Part shown: positions 36,211 through 40,091 of the stretch, piece by piece
Numbering within the stretch: position 1 is the stretch's first letter
Layout: each line of letters starts with the position of its first letter
Source of the DNA: a virus
Lineage: Duplodnaviria > Caudoviricetes
Length of the DNA: 40,091 nt
Direction: 5' to 3' (one strand)
IMG/VR virus record: IMGVR_UViG_3300033145_000309
Coordinates: 1-40,091 of that record
Translations under genes and position numbers: made by a program
Notes under the pieces: generated by a model
Databases searched by the model: none
What the model saw: the letters and a program-made list of their open reading frames with translations, nothing else
Told to the model about the DNA's origin: nothing

Positions 36211-36657
36211 CTAATCCCATAAACAGAAAAACCACTTTGCGAATACTCTCATTTTCCGCTGAAACATTTTATAGGCTATATCCATTTCTTCGGATGTTTC
36301 GTAAATATATCCACCAATCTTTTCTGCAAGTTCAAAGCACTCAATCATTTCATCAAGTAACTTGTCCCATCTCTCAGGGGTTACGGCACGAACTGGGAAT
36401 CCGCAGGAGTTAGCCCTTAACCGTCTTAACATTGGTAGAATAATGCTGGTAAGGTAGGTGTCCATCTCCCACCAATCATAATCAGAATACCCGCGTTTAC
36501 CACGCTGAATAAACCACTTTATCCTCTTTATATGATAGGTGAAATTTGTTACCTTGCAAAACAACCCCCGTATCTCAAGCCATAACTTCTTAATGCAAGG
36601 CATATTTCTCCAATACTCATCAATATCCTGAAAGCTATTGTATCTATTCTGTTTCAT
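36211..36657 (-). CDS. Conserved phage hypothetical protein
   Basis: QRGKRGYSDYDWWEMDTYL...WFFCLWD. Confidence 0.7.
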   Translation of the reverse strand: MKQNRYNSFQDIDEYWRNMPCIKKLWLEIRGLFCKVTNFTYHIKRIKWFIQRGKRGYSDYDWWEMDTYLTSIILPMLRRLRANSCGFPVRAVTPERWDKLLDEMIECFELAEKIGGYIYETSEEMDIAYKMFQRKMRVFAKWFFCLWD

Positions 36658-36658
36658 A

Positions 36659-36871
36659 TCACCACTGTATCTTGTATAGCTTTACTAGTTTATCGTATAT
36701 ATCACCTAAGTAGCTTTCAGGACTGTAATCCCATAGTTGAGAATTACCACCAAAACCCTTGTATTCCTCAAGAAATCCAGCTAGAATTATAGCCTCTTTG
36801 CGCGTTAGCTCCAGAGAGCGGGTATCAACCTTCTTATCTTTATCAGGTCGAGGCATAATTAGATTAACCAT
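36659..36871 (-). CDS. Hypothetical protein, first gene of leftward operon
   Basis: ORF track; downstream of promoter 37070. Confidence 0.55.
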   Translation of the reverse strand: MVNLIMPRPDKDKKVDTRSLELTRKEAIILAGFLEEYKGFGGNSQLWDYSPESYLGDIYDKLVKLYKIQW

Positions 36872-36897
36872 ATCACTCTCTTAGAGGGCAGTTTCAT

Positions 36898-36996
36898 CTC
36901 GGTCTACTGCTAGGGCAGGGCTTATAGGATATTCGCTTTCCATCCCCTATCCACGCCTAATACCAGTGGGTTTGTGGTTGCCCTAGCAGTTTCCGA
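36898..36996 (-). ncRNA. Putative structured 5' leader RNA
   Basis: Perfect 12-bp stem ACTGCTAGGGCA/TGCCCTAGCAGT enclosing two smaller hairpins. Confidence 0.4.
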
Positions 36997-37069
36997 TTCT
37001 AATAGGGTTACCCTTCTATATCCAATATCACTTGAATTAGCCCCTGTGCTTTAATTACCCTACATATAC

Positions 37070-37079
37070 ATTATACCAT
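37070..37079 (-). promoter_or_regulatory. Extended -10 promoter of leftward operon
   Basis: ATGGTATAAT with A-rich upstream DNA and tandem CAAGTTAA. Confidence 0.65.
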
Positions 37080-37224
37080 ATTAACTTGCTATTTTTTATT
37101 TTAACTTGTCCTAGGCTCAAGACTTTTTATTGTATTTGTAGTTTGGGGGTTATAGTTACCCTTGCGCGAAAATCTTTTTGTGCCTAACCCTTCGTAATTG
37201 AGCGCCTTAATTAGAGTGAATCAC

Positions 37225-37272
37225 CCACAATATCTGGTGGTATTTGAGGCTAAATACCACAATATTTAGTAG
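37225..37272. promoter_or_regulatory. Tandem NrdR-box-like operators
   Basis: CCACAATATCTGGTGG (37225-37240) and CCACAATATTTAGTAG (37257-37272), 32 bp start to start; consensus acaCwAtATaTwGtgt. Confidence 0.7.
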
Positions 37273-37300
37273 TTTTTACATAATAACAATAGTGCGCCCC
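37273..37300 (-). other. dif-like XerC/XerD recombination site 1
   Basis: GGGGCGCACTA-TTGTTA-TTATGTAAAAA versus E. coli dif GGTGCGCATAA-TGTATA-TTATGTTAAAT (arms 8/11 and 9/11). Confidence 0.7.
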
Positions 37301-37314
37301 AGAACATATGTTCT
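37301..37314. promoter_or_regulatory. LexA (SOS/Cheo) box, Gram-positive/Chloroflexota type
   Basis: Perfect palindrome AGAACATATGTTCT (GAAC-N4-GTTC). Confidence 0.7.
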
Positions 37315-37568
37315 AAAACATAGCTTGACCTGCGCGGAGCGAGGATTTAACAATAAGGGGAGACTCACCAAGTGTGTTTACGCCAAATACTACGATGTCA
37401 GCGCACAACATATTCCTACAATGCATACATTTCCTACTTATCATACCAGGCCTCACATTCGCCGAGTCATGTGCCTTACTCTAGAGATCACAGTTCTACA
37501 GAGCGTTATAAATAGTATTCATAAAGGCAGGTAGGATTAGTAAGGGAGAGGTAGTCAACATAAGAAGA

Positions 37569-37589
37569 GCCAGGCCTTTAGAGCCTGGC
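37569..37589 (-). terminator. Terminator-like hairpin
   Basis: GCCAGGC / GCCTGGC stem followed by TCTTCTTATGTT on - strand. Confidence 0.45.
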
Positions 37590-37837
37590 AATAATTGACA
37601 TATATAACAGGTAGCTATTTCTTTTTAGGTGGGCTAATAGTCTTACAGGGGCCATCCTTAAGTTTATCAGCAATGATATACCATTTAAGGAGGTGGTAGT
37701 TATTCTTGGCGTTGGGGGGTAGGGTTCTTTTATACTTCATAGATATACCTATGCCGTTATGTACTCTCTGTATAAAGAGTACTAACTTATTATATCATAT
37801 ATTACCTAATTACTCATATATCCATACCACTATATCT

Positions 37838-37865
37838 ATTATACCACATTTCAAGAAAATATCAA
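37838..37865 (-). promoter_or_regulatory. Leftward sigma70-type promoter
   Basis: TTGATA-16 nt-TATAAT with TG extension. Confidence 0.6.
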
Positions 37866-37936
37866 GTAAAAGGGTAAAAACAGGGGTATAGAGCCAAAAA
37901 CTCAAGATATTAAGGGTAACTTGATAGGCATTTAAT

Positions 37937-37945
37937 TGATATACT
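37937..37945 (+). promoter_or_regulatory. Candidate early extended -10 promoter
   Basis: TGATATACT upstream of first early gene. Confidence 0.4.
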
Positions 37946-38034
37946 TGTACCAGTGGGTGTCAGCTTGTTTACTTGAACTTGCAATTTATATTTAAGGAGC
38001 TTATACTTGGGTATCTTAATTAAGGAGGATTGAG

Positions 38035-38205
38035 ATGAAGATTCTTTTAGAGAATCAACCTAACACCAAGATTGTCAAAACGGAAAACGATATACCTTGG
38101 GGATATATCAAGCAGGCTGAAACAAAGCATATTGTTTGGTTCGTAAGGGGAGCTGAAATATACGCAATGGGTAAGGATGGAGTTGATTTAGAGCATACGA
38201 CCTAA
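38035..38205 (+). CDS. First early gene, small hypothetical protein (56 aa, below track cutoff)
   Basis: RBS TAAGGAGG; MKILLENQPNTKIVKTENDIPWG... Confidence 0.7.
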   Translation: MKILLENQPNTKIVKTENDIPWGYIKQAETKHIVWFVRGAEIYAMGKDGVDLEHTT

Positions 38206-38249
38206 TCCATTGACCCCAGGGTATCAAGCCCCTGGGGTGAGCGGGTTAG
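38202..38249 (+). other. Long intergenic RNA hairpin (RNase III-site-like)
   Basis: CTAATCC/GGGTTAG plus ACCCCAGGG/CCCTGGGGT with symmetric mismatches. Confidence 0.55.
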
Positions 38250-38350
38250 CACCTTAAAAACAGGATAAGGTATAAAGTACGGGCTACTCAATGAAGCAAG
38301 TAGCGATTTAATTCTCCAATAGTGGGCGGGTAGGAAAGGAAGTTTCGTCT

Positions 38351-38572
38351 ATGGGTTATGGGATTATTCCTGACTTAACAACTGGGGAGTTTATGTGCCT
38401 TGAGCCTTGCGAACATATAGATTGCAAGGCAAACCGTGAAGATTTTATAGAACATAACCTTTGTAAAATTTGTGGAGAACCTTTATTAGCTGGCGATAAG
38501 TTCTACTATTGCGAACGGGGCAAATACGAAAAAGTGCATTTCATCTGTGAATTAGAACGACTGGGACGATAG
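38351..38572 (+). CDS. Small zinc-finger early protein
   Basis: CLEPCEHIDC, CKICG, HFIC. Confidence 0.7.
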   Translation: MGYGIIPDLTTGEFMCLEPCEHIDCKANREDFIEHNLCKICGEPLLAGDKFYYCERGKYEKVHFICELERLGR

Positions 38573-38652
38573 TGTAAATAAAACTTTACCCACTCACTCT
38601 TGGGGGATTAAACACCTTACACTTGGGTATTCTAATAATAGGAGGGATTGAG

Positions 38653-38859
38653 ATGAAGTATAGAGTTGAAATTGCAAGTGCCGTTGATGCCAGCAGACAC
38701 GATGCTAGATTAAGCGACAAGTGGGAATCAGTGGCTAGTGGCGAAACACTGGAAGAAGTGATGGAATATTTACTAAGGAATGCAAATAGTGAGGAGTTTG
38801 ATATCTGTAATTCTTGGTTAAGGTTGGTTACTGACGAAACGGTAGTAACTACATATTGA
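38653..38859 (+). CDS. Small early hypothetical protein
   Basis: RBS AGGAGG before ATG 38653; leader nearly identical to that of ORF 38035. Confidence 0.7.
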   Translation: MKYRVEIASAVDASRHDARLSDKWESVASGETLEEVMEYLLRNANSEEFDICNSWLRLVTDETVVTTY

Positions 38860-38869
38860 AATCTTTATA

Positions 38870-38932
38870 CCCTACCCCTTAACCACAAGCTCTCAATATT
38901 TAATAGGGGCTGTAAAGAGTTGAGGGGTAGGG
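38870..38932 (+). other. Long intergenic RNA hairpin (RNase III-site-like)
   Basis: 14-bp CCCTACCCCTTAAC/GTTGAGGGGTAGGG stem with inner helix. Confidence 0.55.
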
Positions 38933-38942
38933 GAATCAGCAC

Positions 38943-39054
38943 TTTAATAATTGAATAGTGGGGAGTGGCGGAACTTCTTGTCCGAGAAATGAGTTTTAAT
39001 AGCTCAAAAGTTGTACGCAGATTAAGTCCCCACCCCCACTACTGAGTTATTAAA
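38943..39054 (+). other. Long intergenic RNA duplex homologous to the stem flanking ORF 38351
   Basis: TTTAATAATTGAATAGTGGGG... / ...CCCCACTACTGAGTTATTAAA, over 30 bp with bulges. Confidence 0.6.
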
Positions 39055-39074
39055 GACTGAATAAGGAGGTATAA

Positions 39075-39551
39075 ATGAGAAAACCAAAGATGAAAGATGA
39101 TGAGGTCCTGAAACTGCTAAAACAGGGATGGACATTAGAGGCGGTGGGTAGGGAGTTTGGCTGCTCATCCCAAAATATCAGTCTTAAAAGGCAGAGGTTT
39201 ATCAGGGATGGGCTGTTACCACCAAAGCACCGCGCAAGGCGAACCGTACGTAAAGAGGTTAACGATGTAGGCGTGGTTATAAGGGGTAAGAAATTCAGCA
39301 CGTCAGAAATACCTGTTGAGGTTATATTAAAAGACCTTACAGTAGAGCAATTGGAAAAAATAAGTTTCATGCTGTATGATAGGGCAATGAAGTACCCTGG
39401 TTTTAAGGAGAAAATCAGGGGATTAGAAAACAAGCTTGCCGCCGCCCAAGACAGAATCAAACAATTAGAGGGAATGGAAAAGAAATTGGCCGAAAGGGAA
39501 TTAAAAATGGCAGCCATTAAGAAGGGCAGCCTCGTGGAATACGGGGACTAA
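39075..39551 (+). CDS. HTH DNA-binding protein with C-terminal coiled coil
   Basis: GWTLEAVGREFGCSSQNIS HTH; RBS AGGAGG. Confidence 0.75.
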   Translation: MRKPKMKDDEVLKLLKQGWTLEAVGREFGCSSQNISLKRQRFIRDGLLPPKHRARRTVRKEVNDVGVVIRGKKFSTSEIPVEVILKDLTVEQLEKISFMLYDRAMKYPGFKEKIRGLENKLAAAQDRIKQLEGMEKKLAERELKMAAIKKGSLVEYGD

Positions 39552-39561
39552 GGAGGTTAAA

Positions 39562-40023
39562 ATGGCTAGACAGATATCAGAAAATCGCTACCAACTGCTA
39601 CTCAAATGCGAAGAGAGAATAAGAAGGTTTTACGAAGTCCAGCAATCCATTGAATCCCATTACGCATCCGAAACCGTTGATTTCTCTGGCGAAGATAGAG
39701 AAGACGAGAACACCAAGCGATACAAGGATGAATCGCAAAGGCTGGAGTTGAAGCTGGCGGTGGAAAAAGATATGAGAGATGCTTCTGATACTATGAAAAT
39801 GGGAGAAATATTTGATAAGGCAAGGGCGGAACTGGGGGAGTCAGCTTTTGAGAATTACTGTCAGGGATGGCAGGACGCAGGAAGGTTTTATCTGGATGAT
39901 AGCGCCGAGGATGCGTATATGAAACGGCTCCGTCTGATTAGTAAATTCTACCCCAAAAATGTCCCGTTTCACATAATATATACTATAGTACGACCCATCG
40001 GCTGCTCTCAAAAGGAGTCGTAG
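39562..40023 (+). CDS. Hypothetical early protein whose 3' end crosses a dif-like site
   Basis: RBS AAGGAGG; ...VPFHIIYTIVRP encoded across 39966-39993. Confidence 0.7.
   Translation: MARQISENRYQLLLKCEERIRRFYEVQQSIESHYASETVDFSGEDREDENTKRYKDESQRLELKLAVEKDMRDASDTMKMGEIFDKARAELGESAFENYCQGWQDAGRFYLDDSAEDAYMKRLRLISKFYPKNVPFHIIYTIVRPIGCSQKES
39966..39993 (-). other. dif-like XerC/XerD recombination site 2
   Basis: TCGTACTATAG-TATATA-TTATGTGAAAC versus B. subtilis dif ACTTCCTAGAA-TATATA-TTATGTAAACT (identical centre, arms 6/11 and 8/11). Confidence 0.6.
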
Positions 40024-40091
40024 TTTAACATAATTAACAGACTCCTTTTTTCTTTATGCCTGAATTAACATAAACAAGGAGGTAAGAAATG
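39978..40091 (+). repeat. Terminal direct repeat copy 2
   Basis: Identical to 1-114. Confidence 0.95.

Larger units (their letters stand above)
1..40091. mobile_element. Complete tailed dsDNA bacteriophage genome (podovirus-like), circularly assembled
   Basis: TerL, portal, scaffold, capsid, adaptor/nozzle and replication genes in two oppositely oriented arms; exact 114-bp end overlap; no tape measure or sheath gene; no host housekeeping genes. Confidence 0.95.

Noticed and set aside
37244-37891. Track ORFs 37244-37534 and 37706-37891 as real genes
   Set aside because: TTG starts with atypical composition, overlapping dense regulatory motifs
38199-38253. Integron attC site
   Set aside because: Ends only loosely fit RYYYAAC/GTTRRRY, the other hairpins do not fit, and there is no integron integrase
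38943-39054. tRNA or hammerhead ribozyme
   Set aside because: No cloverleaf, T-loop GTTCRA or CTGATGA/GAAA core
37273-39993. Excision of the 2.7-kb early module between the two dif-like sites
   Set aside because: The sites are in direct orientation but their central hexamers differ (TTGTTA versus TATATA), which normally blocks complete Xer exchange
1-40091. Alternative genetic code
   Set aside because: Core genes are full length in the standard code, and TAA, TAG and TGA all end genes at sensible boundaries

Overview
The window is an apparently complete, circularly assembled genome (about 39,977 bp; bases 1-114 recur exactly at 39978-40091) of a tailed dsDNA phage with podovirus-like organisation. 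The + strand arm (about 38.0 kb through the junction to 14.9 kb) carries early and replication genes: HTH proteins, an LRR-like and a hexapeptide-repeat protein, a metallophosphoesterase, primase, helicase, a DUF5131-like radical SAM protein, NinG, a PD-(D/E)XK nuclease and a C5 DNA methyltransferase. The - strand arm (36.9 to 14.9 kb) carries TerS/TerL, portal, internal virion proteins, scaffold, major capsid, LamG/fibre proteins, adaptor, nozzle and holin-like genes. I recognise no integrase, CI-type repressor, DNA polymerase, tRNA or endolysin. The most striking signal is non-coding. At 37225-37314, two tandem NrdR-like boxes, a 28-bp dif-like XerC/D site and a perfect GAAC-N4-GTTC LexA box sit edge to edge. 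A second dif-like site lies inside the 3' end of an early ORF, exactly where the contig opens. Together these suggest an integrase-free phage that uses host Xer recombination, possibly gated by host DNA-damage and dNTP sensors (a hypothesis, not shown). Other notable structure: long RNA duplexes and boxA-like motifs between early genes (one duplex encloses a whole gene), genes sandwiched between N- and C-terminal stubs of an MT-A70 methylase, twin terminator hairpins at late-operon entry points, and a leaderless membrane-protein moron. The host is inferred, not shown, to be Terrabacteria, possibly Chloroflexota/Dehalococcoidia. All product calls come from motif recognition by eye; no database search was run.
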